Positions 1 to 12,429 of a stretch of 64,000 bases of DNA are shown one piece after another. A model generated the notes under the pieces. That model saw only the letters and a program-made list of their open reading frames with translations. It was not told where the DNA came from and did no database searches. The position numbers and the translations under genes are program-made. How positions within the stretch are numbered: the first letter of the stretch is position 1; each line of letters opens with the position of its first letter. This DNA comes from Sarea resinae (lineage: Eukaryota). The DNA lies in assembly GCA_026026165.1 (NCBI GenBank), contig JAPEUD010000071.1, positions 1-64,000 of the forward strand, read 5' to 3'.

Positions 1-1415
1 GTCGGACGGCGGAAGAGCTGGATCCTACCGATCCAGATGCTGTCAGGCTTTGGTATGATATGGCTAGGCGGGAGGGCGGAGCAGATGATGAAAGATGCTG
101 GAGCCAATGGCGGGGCAGGTGTTTGGTCCTTCACTTGGTGGTGGTTTTTCTTGGTTTTCATGTGTGCTACGCAAGATATCGCTGTGGATGGTATGCACTT
201 CCGACTAATAGTCCTGACATCGACAGACCGCAAGACTGACCAAGATCACAGGTTGGGCGCTAACACTCCTTTCTCCCCAAAACATTTCCTATGCCTCTAC
301 CGCCCAGACTGTAGGCCTAACCGCCGGCCAATTTCTTTCCTATACCGTGTTCCTCGCCTTCAACGCCCCAGACTTTGCAAATCGCTGGTTTCGTTCCTCC
401 CCAAGACCTGAAGGCGTCATGACCTTAGGCGGCTACCTGACCTTCTGGGGCTGGGCCTACATCGTCGTGACCATCGGCCTTGCGTTACTGAAGCGTGAAG
501 AACGCACCAAAGACCGTGATGGCATCAGCGAGGTCTACAAAGTCATGTGGGGCATCCTGAAGCTGAAGAATATCCAGACGATAATTGTCCTTCATCTGAT
601 CGCGAAGATCGGCTTCCAAGCCAACGATGCCGTCACGAATCTTAAACTCCTCGACAAGCATTTCAGCCAGGAAGACATGGCATTGACGGTGCTGATCGAT
701 TTCCCCTTTGAGATCGTGCTTGGCTATCTGGGTGGTAAATGGTCGGCTTCATATCCGCCTATGAAGCTGTGGTGTTGGGCGTTTGTGGGCCGTCTTATCG
801 CGGCTCTCGTGGCTCAGTTCACTGTCATGATCTTCCCCAAGGACGGCGTCACGACCTGGTATCTGTTATCGGTCATAGCGTCTCATGTCTTATCCACGTG
901 CACGGGCACGATCATGTTCGTCGCCATTGCAGCTTTCCATGCTAAGATCGCCGATCCTATTGTCGGTGGCACGTACATGACTCTTCTAGCCACGTGAGTC
1001 CTCCCTCTCTCTCCATCCTGCTCTCCCCTTTCCCGCAAACCCCCATAATACTAACATTCCGCTCCCCAGCGTCTCCAACCTTGGCGGCACGTTCCCTCGC
1101 TTCTTCATCCTCAGACTCGTCGACTTCTTCACCGCAGCAACGTGCACATTCCCTCCCTCCCAAGACCCCAGCAAGACCCCGACCCCATCGCCCTTTCCCT
1201 GCGTCCTCGAGGCGGACAAACACCGCTGTGTCGAGAGCGGCGGCAGCTGCAACATCTACCGCGACGGCTATTACATCACCAATATCGCCTGCGTGCTCGT
1301 TGGCGCCGTGAGCTTCGTGCTCTTCATCCGGCCGGCGGCGGGCATGTTGGGCGCGCTGCCTTTGCGGGCTTGGCGCTTGAGCGGGGCCAACGGGGGCGGT
1401 GGCACGAGTCGGTAG
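1..1415 (+). CDS. Acetyl-CoA transporter (AT-1/SLC33A1, Acatn family), 5'-partial; exons <1-190, 252-993, 1070-1415
   Basis: Spliced translation gives ..RRKSWILP..FMCATQDIAVDGWALTLLS..YASTAQTVGL..GGTYMTLLATVSNLGGTFP..DGYY, typical of the AT-1 family. GT-AG introns at 191-251 and 994-1069; TAG at 1413-1415. Confidence 0.9.
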
Positions 1416-2018
1416 ATTGCTGTATGTTCTGTTCGTTCTGTATTATCGTTTCTTTCGATTCCAGCTTTGTTGTTTTCCTTTTGCGGTTCATTAGTATGTT
1501 GAGCGGGTCCCTGAGACGCGGACTGCGAAAGATCGAGCGAGTTTGAGGCTTTGGGATTATGGTGGATGGGTGGATGATGGGAAGACTCGACGGGATGGCA
1601 TGGTATGGCAAGGCGCCTGCGGGCCACTCACCGCAGTGTATGTAAATAGTAGATCGTGGGCATCGCATCAGTCGGAAAAAAATAGTCAAATAGACTCCAC
1701 GGTGTAACAATAATATACCCTCCAAAGCAAATTGACTTATTCGTTTGGTGCGATCAATTTCGTAGACATTGGTGGAGAGAGAAAAAATGTTGCAAGGTAC
1801 AAATAATCCCGAGACACCGCACCAGAGAAATCCGACATCTCCGTGGATTTCCTATCCTTGGCCCCAACCCCAGCCCCGGAAGCCCAGACTACTCACCCGA
1901 CCCCTAGACGCCTGATAAGAGAAAGAACGCGCGACGACGATGACGACGACATAGAATTGATGAATGCGCCTGCATGTGGAAAAGAAAAGCAAGTACGATC
2001 CAAAAGATGGGGAGGGGA

Positions 2019-3735
2019 TCAGAGATAACGACTGCGCAGCGCCTGGCTAATGGTGCTCATGCGGCTGGCCATGCCACCGTGTTGCATGTTACTCAATAGG
2101 GCCTCTTCGAGGGCCGACTGAGTGACGCTGGCATCTGGAAGCATGAACCACAATAGTCAGCTCGATTCCACTCCAAAAGACATGGACACGCATACCGTCT
2201 AAATCGCTGAAACTACTGCCCATACTAGGTGTCCCGTCACTTCCCTCCCTCGTCGTGCCCCGCCTCCTCGGACTGAGTCCCGCCAACTCGGCAGCCCGTC
2301 GTGGACTCAGGGGTCCCGGCGGCCGCTGCTGGCCTTGCAAACCGCTCGCACCACGGGCCGGACTAGCTGCAGCGGCTTGCGAGCTGCCAGAACTGGCCGA
2401 CGAGGCTCCAGCTTCGATCCTCTCGAGCGTGCGGCGGTGGGCGTGTTTGTGGTGATGCGCTGGATGTGGTGGCAAGTCTGACGGGTGGCGGAGGGTAGCA
2501 CTAGGGTCATGGGTGGCTTGATTCGGCGGATTTGAAAAGGGGAGGAAAGCGGGAGTCTCGTCGTCGTCGTCTTCCTCGCCGTAGTCTTCCGCGAGACGGC
2601 CAACCGCGGCTTTCTGGGATGCAAAACGTGGCCGTTGGCGCAGAATTTGACTCCTTAGGTTTCGCGGCGCGGCAGCCTCCGAGTCCGAAGACGAGGACTC
2701 TTCCGAGCTTGAGATTTCTGCTTTTTCGGAGGGAGAGCTATTGGATAGGGCTTCAATGCGGTGACGGGGCCCCGAAGGAACTTGTGCTGTTGCTTTTGCG
2801 GCGGTTTCTGAGCGCAGTGCGGGCGGGAAGGAACTCCTAAATGAACGACGATTGCGCTCGCGGAGGTCAGGGGTGGCGATGTGTCGACTCTGAGTTGCAG
2901 TGGTCGTTGAGGAGGTACGGGAGAGATGCGGCGCTAGATGGCGTTAGCAATAAGCAACGGCGAAAATAACCCGACGAGGCATCTCACCGGTTGACTTCAT
3001 GGGTGTATTTGGTGTGCTGGCATCTCCTCTAGGAAAAGGGCTTTCTCTGGATCTAGTGGAAAGTGCAGACGGCACGCGTGGGCCTGAAATGAATGAGCGT
3101 GATATCCTATTGTCTGCAGGCAGATCAAACCTACCAGCACCGCCACTCCCTGCTCGCCGCATTCCGTGGCTTCCGGGCATTGCGCCCCCGGATCCCGCTT
3201 GAGCTGGTGTCGTAGTTTGTGCGCTTCCAACCTTTCTCATCTGTGCTCGCACTTGTGAAAGCTGACGTTCATACAGCCATGCTGCTTGTTGCAGTAGGAA
3301 GGGAAGAGAGACTTCAAGGTCGTCGGCGCTATCGGTCACGCTTTAGTCAAGGCGGTGGAACAAGGATGATTGCAGACATACAGTTCCTTCCCTTGAGATA
3401 GTCAGTATTTTCAAATAGACAAAGACAGAGATTGGAATACCCACAGTCGATATCACTACTGCGTGAGGCTTGAGAAAGTATCTGCCACAGGGCCCGATCT
3501 TTGGCCGCGTCCCAGGCAATCTGCTTCCATTAGTGAATGAATCATATCATTCGGAATACTTTCAACTGACGGGCAGAGGATCAACAAAATCCCCTCGTGG
3601 GAATGGTACCCGTACGAGGACAGTGAAATGGACATCTGACTCGAGGGGGGCTTGTAATTGTGGCCGACGGTGCTTGAGGCCGGGAAGCTCTCCCGCCAGT
3701 GGACCACCTGGCACTGGAGCTTGGGGTGAAGGCAT
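2019..3735 (-). CDS. ATG29: Autophagy-related protein Atg29, multi-exon
   Basis: N-terminal HFTVLVRVPFPRGDFVDP..WDAAKDRALWQILS..DIDWKELADDLEVSLPFLLQQAAWLYERQLSQVRAQMRK and C-terminal SMGSSFSDLDDASVTQSALEEALLSNMQHGGMASRMSTISQALRSRYL* match Pezizomycotina Atg29. ATG at 3735, TGA at 2019-2021. Confidence 0.88.
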
Positions 3736-6095
3736 TCTCGCGATGCGATACTTCCAGCGACGCAGGAATGGATCAGGCTGTGAGCCAGGTTAGAGAGCTG
3801 TAGAGCGAGCCATGGGATATCATCAGTGGACGTCAGTGAGCTCTAGAGGGCTTCGTACCGTCACGATTGCTGTCTGGTCGAGCTTCCAATAGCTTTTATC
3901 ACGAGTAGGCCAGCCGAGCTTCGATAGGCGCCCGGCAGCTGACTTGACAGGTACAGAGTACCCGCACTCGAAGCAAGATACCTGACGACCAGCCCACTTG
4001 GTCGTGTAGACCAGGTCATCTTTCCGCGAAGCAAGTACGAGGTACCAAGTACGAAGTACTGAGAGAATCTCCTTGTCGACTACGGATCCCCCCGAGGCAC
4101 AGATTGGGTGCCTCAGCTCTAGGTAAGAATTGAAGCATTGATTTAATATCGACTAGGCCTGAAAGTCACCAAGCAAGGCCAGCCAGACCCTTTGCAAGAG
4201 ACTCACGAGTACGGTAAGCTTCGCGCCAATTCGAAAGATCCACAAGCGGCATACGATCAGCCGCGGTCGCATCAATAGCATGGTCGGCATGGATCATGCA
4301 TCGAGGAGCCGCTTGCCGGAACCAGCAAAATATAGTTAGATAGTTCAAGTTGCACTCGTTCTGGGCCGAATGAGTGCAATCCCATCTAGAATGCGGACGG
4401 TGCGACATGCCACATCACGATGCCATCGTATCTCCCTAATCTCATACCCAACAAGCCTCAATCAGCCCAACATCGGCTTACATTGCGCATGACGGGCTGC
4501 GTAGTGTGGAGAGAGATGCAGCGAGGGAGACTCATTTGATTGACGGCAAGGCAGACTATTTCGCTTGTTGGTGCCCGATCTCGATCTGGATTTCGCTCTC
4601 CTCGCAGAGCCAGAGGGGCCCTACTATTATTCTACGCAGCAGCGGCCTCCCAACATTGGTACTCGACCGGGGCGAAACAAGCGATGAGGATCTGATCGTT
4701 TATCTGGTGTAGCTCGGAATTGATCATCATCCCTCAAAGCACGGGCCATAGCCGGCTCCATGGCGGGGAGCTTGCCTTGGCGATTGCAGATAGGTAGTGC
4801 AGTGGAGTCGGGTGGAGAAAGCTTGATGGGTCGATCCATCGGGGCTTTCCTCGACGAACAGAGACTTGGAAGACGATCGTTGTAATTAATCTCCTGCCCC
4901 GTCCCCGTACTGGAACACGAGAATTTCTTTTCTTTGAGAGGGTCTCGATTGATACCCCTGGTTCGGGGATCGATACTGTGCTCTATATTGCCCTTGACCC
5001 GACAGATCTCGAGGGATGGCATCCATGGATGGATGACGATACCTCCATTCCACAGGTAGAGCACGGGGAGCAAGACAGCTGGAGGTCCACGTGGGGATGA
5101 GTGCTGTGTAATCTGCTATGCATGCATGCGTGGCTTGTCCGCTCTTCCAGGTCGTTCTTACATCAAATGGATTGTTGCCGTGCTCGCCAACGCCGTGGTA
5201 ATGGCCAAAGGAAATGCTTCGTTTACCGGCGCCTGCAGCAGGCGCATGCGGGCGGCTCCCGACTCGACACCCCACGATCATGTCAGATAATATCCGCGGA
5301 TCACTGATCACTCACTGATGACTGATTCTCCTTTTCGCCCGATGGACTTTCGTGGAGACTAACCCTCCCCATATGTGATCAGGTATGATTGCAGCTGGAC
5401 GCTCATTTTACAGTGGGTGTCTGATAACCCACCCTTTGTTCACCTTGTTACCTCCCTTCGTTGTACTATTTTACCCCCTCATACTCATCAGTGATCGTTA
5501 TTAAACAACCTACGTGATCCACCTTCGGACCCGCCATTTGCTATACCAACTATTCTTTGTCCTTCCTCATCAATCTCCAATCCGTATCTCGCTCCCGCTT
5601 CATTTCCAGGAGACAAGCCAGTCGTGTGTTATACCTCGAATCCCTCCCAACATCTCTCGTCTCCTTTGTCTCGAGTCAGGTCGAGCCTTATCCAGTCCCA
5701 TTTGAGACGACGCTACTAGTCTCGACAGCCGTCGTGTCTTTGTTTGAGTTTCCGTCGGTTCCGAGGCAGTGGAACAGAGGTAGAGGCGCAAGGTACAGAC
5801 AGTTACCGAGGGCTTGGACGGAATTAGAGCACGAGTTCCACGAGTGAGTCCTGGAGAGCCTAGGAAGTGCGCTTTTGCAAGCCCGTCTTCCAAAGTCCAG
5901 ACAAAGAGACAATGGACTAAGCGTCCTGTATCAGGTCATCCTCCCTCGGCCAGCTCACCAATTCGCTATTCCGCAAGCATGGTGGGACCGAGTATCCCGG
6001 TGCAATATCAACATTGAGGCGCTACAATAATCATTGTCCGATTCCTTCAAACGTGAGCTCGCACGGGCCTTTCGATTGTTGCGGCTTCATCTTCA

Positions 6096-8009
6096 ATGTT
6101 TTCAGCCAGCTCTTTACTCCCAGACATCTATATTTCTGAGGCTGTCGTCATCACAGCATGCTCAAAGCAAGATCGATGCTACTCTCATGGACCTGGGCAA
6201 TTGGCTCAAATGGATAATTCGAAGAGATCATTAGCCGCTGAAGTGCGACGCACTTTACCAACGGCATCAGCTGTCGACTCTGATCATCAAACGTACTCTG
6301 GGAGAGTTCTGCAGCTGGGCAATGGACAGACAGAAGAAGAACTGGACAGACAGATTTTCCGCCAGGCCAGGGAATTGGGGATCTTGACGATAGCCCCTGA
6401 GAAAATCATGCGCCCAAGGCTTGTGAGCACCGCAGAGTCTGCCTTTACTGTAGCATCGACCCGTCGCAGCTCCACGTCAACAGCTTCTAGGGCGTCAGAG
6501 TCCACCGGCTACACTTCCCACGGTTCCTGGGATCATCCACGACTGTCGAACATGCGACCATCGACTCCGGCGTCCATCGCACAAAATACTATCTCTCCAC
6601 ATTCACCGTCGCTGGATGAATATGATGACTTGCTGTTTCGCATACAATCTCGAGCAGCAACAGAGGTGCCCGTAACTCCCCGAGGATCTACAACATTGCC
6701 ATTGTCTCTTCTTTCTATACCATCTAGGAGACCGTTCAGCATGAGGAGGAATTTCCGCCGTTTTTCATCTCTCAAGAAGCCAAAGATTAAATATCCACCG
6801 AGCAAGTATGTGGTGCGGACATCAAAATCCCAACTAATACTGACTATCGAATGTAGTTCATGTACATCCTGCAGAGATGATGCCTGCCACGACAAGACCT
6901 TCTTTACCCTCCCATGCTCTCATACATATTGCTATACATGTCTCCGCATTCTTGTCACTAAGATAGTCAAAGATAAATCTAGGCTACTTCCAAATTGCTG
7001 CGGTTACAGCCTACCTGGCAGAGTCATCAAAGCCGTCTTAAGCGAAGATGAACAGCTACAGCTTTTGATTACAATGCGGCAGCAGGTGCCTTTGTGGAAA
7101 GATGAAGCTTTCAATTCCAAGCCATTCCGTCTCGAGGAATCGAACAGGATTGAGGCGTCGGAGCTAATACTACAGGGTGGAGGGGAAACGATTGAGGCTG
7201 AATCAACTTTGTCGGACACGCCGGACGCAGCGGCTCCCCTGACCGCCAAGCACGAGACCGAAGCAACTCAGCGTAGTCTCGAAAACGACAGCCTAAAGCA
7301 CCTTCGGGCCCAACAAGTTGATGAAAGGGATAGACATTACGAGTACCAAAAGGACAGGGAACGGCTCATGCGAGCCAGGCATGATGAAGAACGAAAAGGA
7401 GTCCTGAATGTCCATGCCCGACTGGAGCAAGGGATGCAGGAGCGGCACTCAAAAGCTGTCAACGATCTTGAAGACCATCACGTCTCAGCAGAGATGGAGC
7501 TGCGGGAGAACCTTGATCAGCAGCAGCGTTCGTGCCTCGTCCGTCTTCGCCATATGGAAGCCTACTGCCATGGCATGAATGACGCCGGCACTTTGCCTAG
7601 TCGTACTGTCACCGAACGTGACATACACGAGCTTCAACAGCAATATAAAGTCCGAGACGGCATGGAGAATGTACATCAGTCTCGAATCAACGTACTCCGC
7701 GAGAAGCAGGCACAGCAACTGGATGCTCTGAATGTCAAGCAGAAGGAGGAGGGCGAAACGCTATTAGTTCAATCCAAGTTGGAGTTCGAAATGCTGGAAG
7801 CTCGATTCGCCGCCGAAGAGGCGGAATTTGCTGCTTTATACAAGGAACGCCGTCACCGACTTGAGCTGAGATGGGCAATTGACGAGAAGCTGGCCAGACT
7901 CAAGCTTGCAAAGGATCAAAGCACTCAATTCGGGGCTTTGCCGCCGATTGAGTGGCCCCGGGAAATCGACCATTCGCTCCAAATCGTCGATGCTCTGCAA
8001 CAAGCATGA
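6096..8009 (+). CDS. RING1-like plus coiled-coil protein related to fungal IBR/RBR-domain proteins (start may be ATG 6210; probable in-frame intron 6806-6856)
   Basis: 637-aa ORF with CTSCRDD..LPCSHTYCYTCL..PNCCG and a long C-terminal coiled coil (LEDHHVSAEMELR..RLRHMEAYC..HQSRINVLREKQ), as in fungal 'IBR domain' proteins. Confidence 0.7.
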   Translation: MFSASSLLPDIYISEAVVITACSKQDRCYSHGPGQLAQMDNSKRSLAAEVRRTLPTASAVDSDHQTYSGRVLQLGNGQTEEELDRQIFRQARELGILTIAPEKIMRPRLVSTAESAFTVASTRRSSTSTASRASESTGYTSHGSWDHPRLSNMRPSTPASIAQNTISPHSPSLDEYDDLLFRIQSRAATEVPVTPRGSTTLPLSLLSIPSRRPFSMRRNFRRFSSLKKPKIKYPPSKYVVRTSKSQLILTIECSSCTSCRDDACHDKTFFTLPCSHTYCYTCLRILVTKIVKDKSRLLPNCCGYSLPGRVIKAVLSEDEQLQLLITMRQQVPLWKDEAFNSKPFRLEESNRIEASELILQGGGETIEAESTLSDTPDAAAPLTAKHETEATQRSLENDSLKHLRAQQVDERDRHYEYQKDRERLMRARHDEERKGVLNVHARLEQGMQERHSKAVNDLEDHHVSAEMELRENLDQQQRSCLVRLRHMEAYCHGMNDAGTLPSRTVTERDIHELQQQYKVRDGMENVHQSRINVLREKQAQQLDALNVKQKEEGETLLVQSKLEFEMLEARFAAEEAEFAALYKERRHRLELRWAIDEKLARLKLAKDQSTQFGALPPIEWPREIDHSLQIVDALQQA

Positions 8010-8621
8010 CTCCACGTGGCTACGAGAGCCTCAAGTCATCGTGGTGTAGTTTTATCTGTTGGTAGCAGGGCTACTCCCTACCTCCTATAGGAGAGCTTAA
8101 CGAGTGTGCTCGGCCTTTGGCGTTTTCCACTTTTAGTGTTGTTCCCTGCTGTTTGATATCGGAGCGAGACTTGGCTTCTGGTTTGGGTGTTCGGCGTGAT
8201 TGTCTCTTGTTAGCATCCTGTGAGCTGAGCATTCGCTCCCTTCTATATACCCCTAGGGCATGCTTTTGATTGCTTTGCTCTGCTTGCCCTTTTACATCTT
8301 TTCGGACCTCTAAAGCTAGAGCCTCAGCACCTCACAGCTGGATCGACAGGCGGAGCGGGAAATTATACTTATCTACCTCAAAGAGTATGAAATATCATGC
8401 ATCCTCAAGAAAATCTAGTCCCGGTCATGATTTCAAAGTCTCACATTTTCTCTGTCTCGCATAGAGTTGAAGGAAGAGAGACATCACGAATTTAGATATC
8501 AAGCCATGGAACATCCGATCGATTGCATTGATGTTTGTATTTCACCATGCTAGTCTCATTGCCACTACATCTGCATCAAAGTAAATAGGTTTGACCGTAG
8601 CATCCTAGTTGGGTTCATACC

Positions 8622-9273
8622 TTATGAGGTCTTCTCGCCTCGAGCTACCCCCACCGGGATGCGGTCTCTCCCTAAGAAGCCAAGGAGATAGAGAGTACGG
8701 ACGGTCCAAAGAAATGCCTGATCTTGAGCGTCATCCAACCACGCACGAGAAGGGCAGAACAGGAAGAAATCAAGGTGACTCACGGTGGTGCCAATGTTGC
8801 CCCAAGCCATGGCATTCCAGCCGGCGACATCGAAGTACTTGTCCCGCCCCAGCACGTGATAGGTCACGGCCAGATGGCCAATGTCCCCGAGCCAGCACGC
8901 GAAGATGTAGTTGCGCGCGATCTTGGGATCGGTCGTAGCATACAGGACCAGGACGCCAATGATGCCGAGCAAAAGGTAAGTGTTGCCGAGCTGCAGGGCC
9001 AGGACATGCTCATTGGGATTCAGGGCGTGGGGCAGGGTGTCAATGATCTGCTCGGTCACGAAGAAGTGGGGGGACAGCACGGCGCCGACGAAGCCAGCGA
9101 CGCTGCGAGGGGTGGAGGAGAGGATGTTAGGAGTCTTTCCGGGGGAGGGAGGAGGGGCAAGGGGGGGTGTGGGGGAGAGAAGAGAAGGGGGGGGTCTGTC
9201 TGGCTGCTTACAGGGACAGTGGTTCGAAGACGGTGAAGACAAACTTGGGGATGGGCGGGAAGATCGAAGTCAT
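8622..9273 (-). CDS. Small conserved fungal multi-pass membrane protein; exons 9273-9212, 9102-8784, 8717-8622
   Basis: Spliced: MTSIFPPIPKFVFTVFEPLSLVAGFVGAVLSP..QLGNTYLLLGIIGVLVL..WLGDIGHL..WNAMAWGNIGTTAFLWTVRTLYLLG. Canonical introns at 9103-9211 and 8718-8783; about 4 hydrophobic helices. Confidence 0.8.
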
Positions 9274-9534
9274 GTTGGCCGTTTGACGGTTGATGTTTGA
9301 TGATTTGGATGTCTCCTACTGGTGCGGATGTGAGGTCGCGTCCACTGCTCTGCCTGTTCGAACGGGATCAATCCAACACATTCGGCAGGTTTGGGATGTC
9401 GAGGATCTGGGGAGGATTGGGATATCGATTCTACGTAAGGGACAGCCCGTCGACACCACACCTCACTTGACCTCAGCTCAGATCGGTACTGGGCAGTACC
9501 AAGTTCCAGTACCGTCCTGTACTTCGTACCTTGC

Positions 9535-9572
9535 CTCCAGTGCTCCAGTGCTCCAGTGCTCCAGTGCTCCAG
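9535..9572. repeat. (CTCCAGTG)n 8-mer tandem repeat followed by a (CT)n tract
   Basis: About 4.7 copies read directly, in the divergent promoter between the 9273(-) and 9925(+) genes. Confidence 0.9.
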
Positions 9573-9924
9573 CTCTCTCTCTCTCTCTCCCTCTCTCGCG
9601 CGCGCTCTCTCTCCCTTCCCGATCATGTTCCAATGCCGCCCACGACGCACTACTCGACTGCGCGGTACGGAGTACGCATACGACCACCTTTACCTACTCC
9701 GTACCCACTGGCTGATCTGAGTATTCAACACTACGACCAACTCTATTAGTCCACTACCGTTCATCCACCGTCCACCATCTCCACCACCTCCACCACTCTC
9801 TGCCCTTGTCCGTCACTGTTCACCCACGCATCGCTTGTATTCCCCGTGGCATTGTTAAATCCATTCCAACACCCGTCTTCTCCAATTCGCTCCGAGAGAC
9901 AATAATGTGACTGTCAAATCTCTG

Positions 9925-12399
9925 ATGATGGCTTCAGAGCCTCGCCTCGACTCGCGACTCAACAGCCCTCGGACCCTGATCAAGAGCATTTCGCAGCACG
10001 GGTCCCTGCAATTGCCACCACTACAGGACCCAAGACCCTCGTTCACGTCGAGCAGACCATTGCCTCTGGAGCCGAGCACCAACACCAACAATGATCCCAG
10101 TGCCGATGCTTCGAAGCTGTCGGGGAGGGGCGCCACGGGCAAGATCAAGGCGCGGACGGAGCGCGATCATGCCGGAGGAAGATCCGGCGGAAAGGTGCTA
10201 GTCAAGCCGGTGACAGAATTAAGTCTCAAACCCGCTACGAGCCGGATCGACGGCATCGGTTCCAATCGTCGTCCAGTCGGAATTATTGGGAAGACCGACA
10301 AAGCTGGAGATGGCGACCGTGCCAATGCTCGTCAAACACCGAGTCCGCGGAAACGACGGCGGGTTGAAGGCGTCAATCACCTGGCCGATTATGTGCAGCT
10401 CCCGAAACCTTCCCCACAGAAAAACAATCAGCCTCCCCTGTTCAAGGCGCCTGCGATTCTCAATGGATTGAACGAACCACCACCGAACGCTGCGCTGTTT
10501 CCGCCTATAGCCCCAAACGGTTTCCGTGGGCTTCGCGGGGATTCCGAGCTCGGTGGTCACTCAAAGTCACAATCCAGAGGCGTTCCCGGGATTGCGCCGA
10601 GGAATACGAAAAGTGCTTCTACGGTCAAGGCATCGAATAAGCAAAGCAGCAGACCGAGGAGGAAATGGACTGATCAGGAGACGGATGATTTACTGCAAGG
10701 GGTTGCCATGTTTGGGGTCGGCAGTTGGAAGAAGATACTCTCGCATTCGGAATTCAGTTTCAACGGTCGGAGTTCAATTGATCTGAAGGACAGGTGTGTA
10801 TGATCCATTTGGATTCTTACTACTACTAATACTACCAGGTTTCGTACATGCTGCCCGGAAGAGTATCGCAAGCATCTCAAGTCTGATGGGCTGTCTGGAC
10901 CTCGCTTTGCTGGCATGAACAGTGACCCTTCCAAGCCGGTGTCGAGCATGCTTACGGACAACATTCTGATATTGCCGGAATCGCCTTCTTCAGAGTCACC
11001 GCCGTCCAAATATCGCAAGTCCCGATCTCATCGTAGGAAACCCGAGGATCTTGCTCGGCTGGGCATTGAAGCTCCCTTCCCCAAGGCCACTCGACGCGAG
11101 CGACGTGCTTTTACGGAGGAAGAAGATGCTGCATTGTTGAGGGGCTTCGCAAATTATGGACCGCTTTGGAGCCGGATTCACGCCGATAAGGAATTGAACC
11201 TGGGAAGTAGACGCGCTACGGATCTCAGAGACCGTTTCCGTAATCGATATCCCGAAAAATATGCCGAAGCAGGATTCAAAACGCGGCCTCGAGGATTCCC
11301 GCAGCCTCCCCCCCGCGCTGACGTCTTAGAACAGCAATCGGCTCCTCGTGTCTCAACCGAAGCCGCATCGGCTGCGGCGACATTGGCCAAGGAAAAGGCC
11401 CGACAGAAAGAGGAGGAAGCAAGGTCTAAGGAGAGCACGGAAGAGGCCCCCGATGCCACTGATACGGGCGACGATACCGAAGATCAGCAGATCGGCGTCG
11501 ATAATAGCATCTTCGAATGGGCTGATAACACGCTACCTCCTTTCCAGAATACTTCTGCCGACGACACCGACCTGCAGCGTGCATTTCTCGAAAACATCTC
11601 CCCTCTTGTCAACTGGAATAAGCCGCCTTCGTCCATGGCGTCCAACCCTCCTTCCACTCTCAATCCCATCAAGCTCTCCCAGGTGCTGAATCACAATGAC
11701 TCGACACCAAGCAACGAACATTCTAGCACCACATCCACCTCAAACTCCTTCCAATCACTGGCCCTCACTCGTCCATCCATACATCGCTCACAATCTCGCG
11801 GCCGTCATCAACAACAGAACCCCTTCAATCTTCCTCCGCCAACGGACCTTTTCTCCGTCGACGTTGGGCCCAATGCTAACAGCTCCAATGGGATGAACTT
11901 GCTCGACTCGTCGTCTTCTCTGCCTATCTTTGCCCTGAAACCGCCCTCCGATCTCCTCCGACGGCCTCAACTACCGCCAAATTCTCTGTCGTCCTCGTTT
12001 CCTCTCCATAATAGCAATTCTCTCCATAGCACATATACCCATAGCGCCAACGCCAACACCGGCGGCGGCGCCAATAACGCCAATTCTGCGTTCCCATCCA
12101 ACCCGAACTCAACCCTTAATATGGGTTTGAGCTTGCCCATGAATATGAATACGTCCTCCCTGCCCGTTAATATGGGTATGAGTCTCGGCCTCAACCTGGG
12201 CATTGGTATGGGTATGGGCGGCGTGGGAGTGGGCATCGGGGGCGGTGCATTGGGCTTGGAGCCACAGTCAGGTGGGCCGCTGCTTTGGGAAGATATGGCT
12301 ACGCATCCGATATTCGAGCTTGATGGTCCTAGTAATGTTGGGGGCGGGGGCGGGGGCGGGGGCGGGGTCGAGAGGGAGGATTCTGGACCCCGCGGCTGA
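9925..12399 (+). CDS. TAY1: Double Myb/telobox-domain protein, Tay1/Teb1 type; exons 9925-10793, 10839-12399
   Basis: Two TRF-type Myb repeats: RRKWTDQETDDLLQGVAMFGVGSWKKIL..RSSIDLKDRFR (joined across the 45-nt intron 10794-10838) and RRAFTEEEDAALLRGFANYGPLWSRIH..RRATDLRDRFRN. The model gives 810 codons in frame. Confidence 0.78.
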
Positions 12400-12404
12400 T
12401 CAAC

Positions 12405-12429
12405 TGAGTGAGTGAGTGAGTGAGTGAGT
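12405..12429. repeat. (GAGT)n microsatellite just after the Tay1-type stop
   Basis: About 6 copies read directly. Confidence 0.9.

Noticed and set aside
5359..5366. CTAACCCT (and CCTAACCC at 30882-30889) as a telomerase RNA template
   Set aside because: 8-nt matches to some permutation of CCCTAA are expected by chance in 64 kb. I could not identify a pseudoknot or CR4/5 element nearby.
4166..5900. Short ORFs between ATG29 and the RING gene
   Set aside because: Mostly non-ATG starts with no family signal; more consistent with promoter sequence and a spliced 5' leader.
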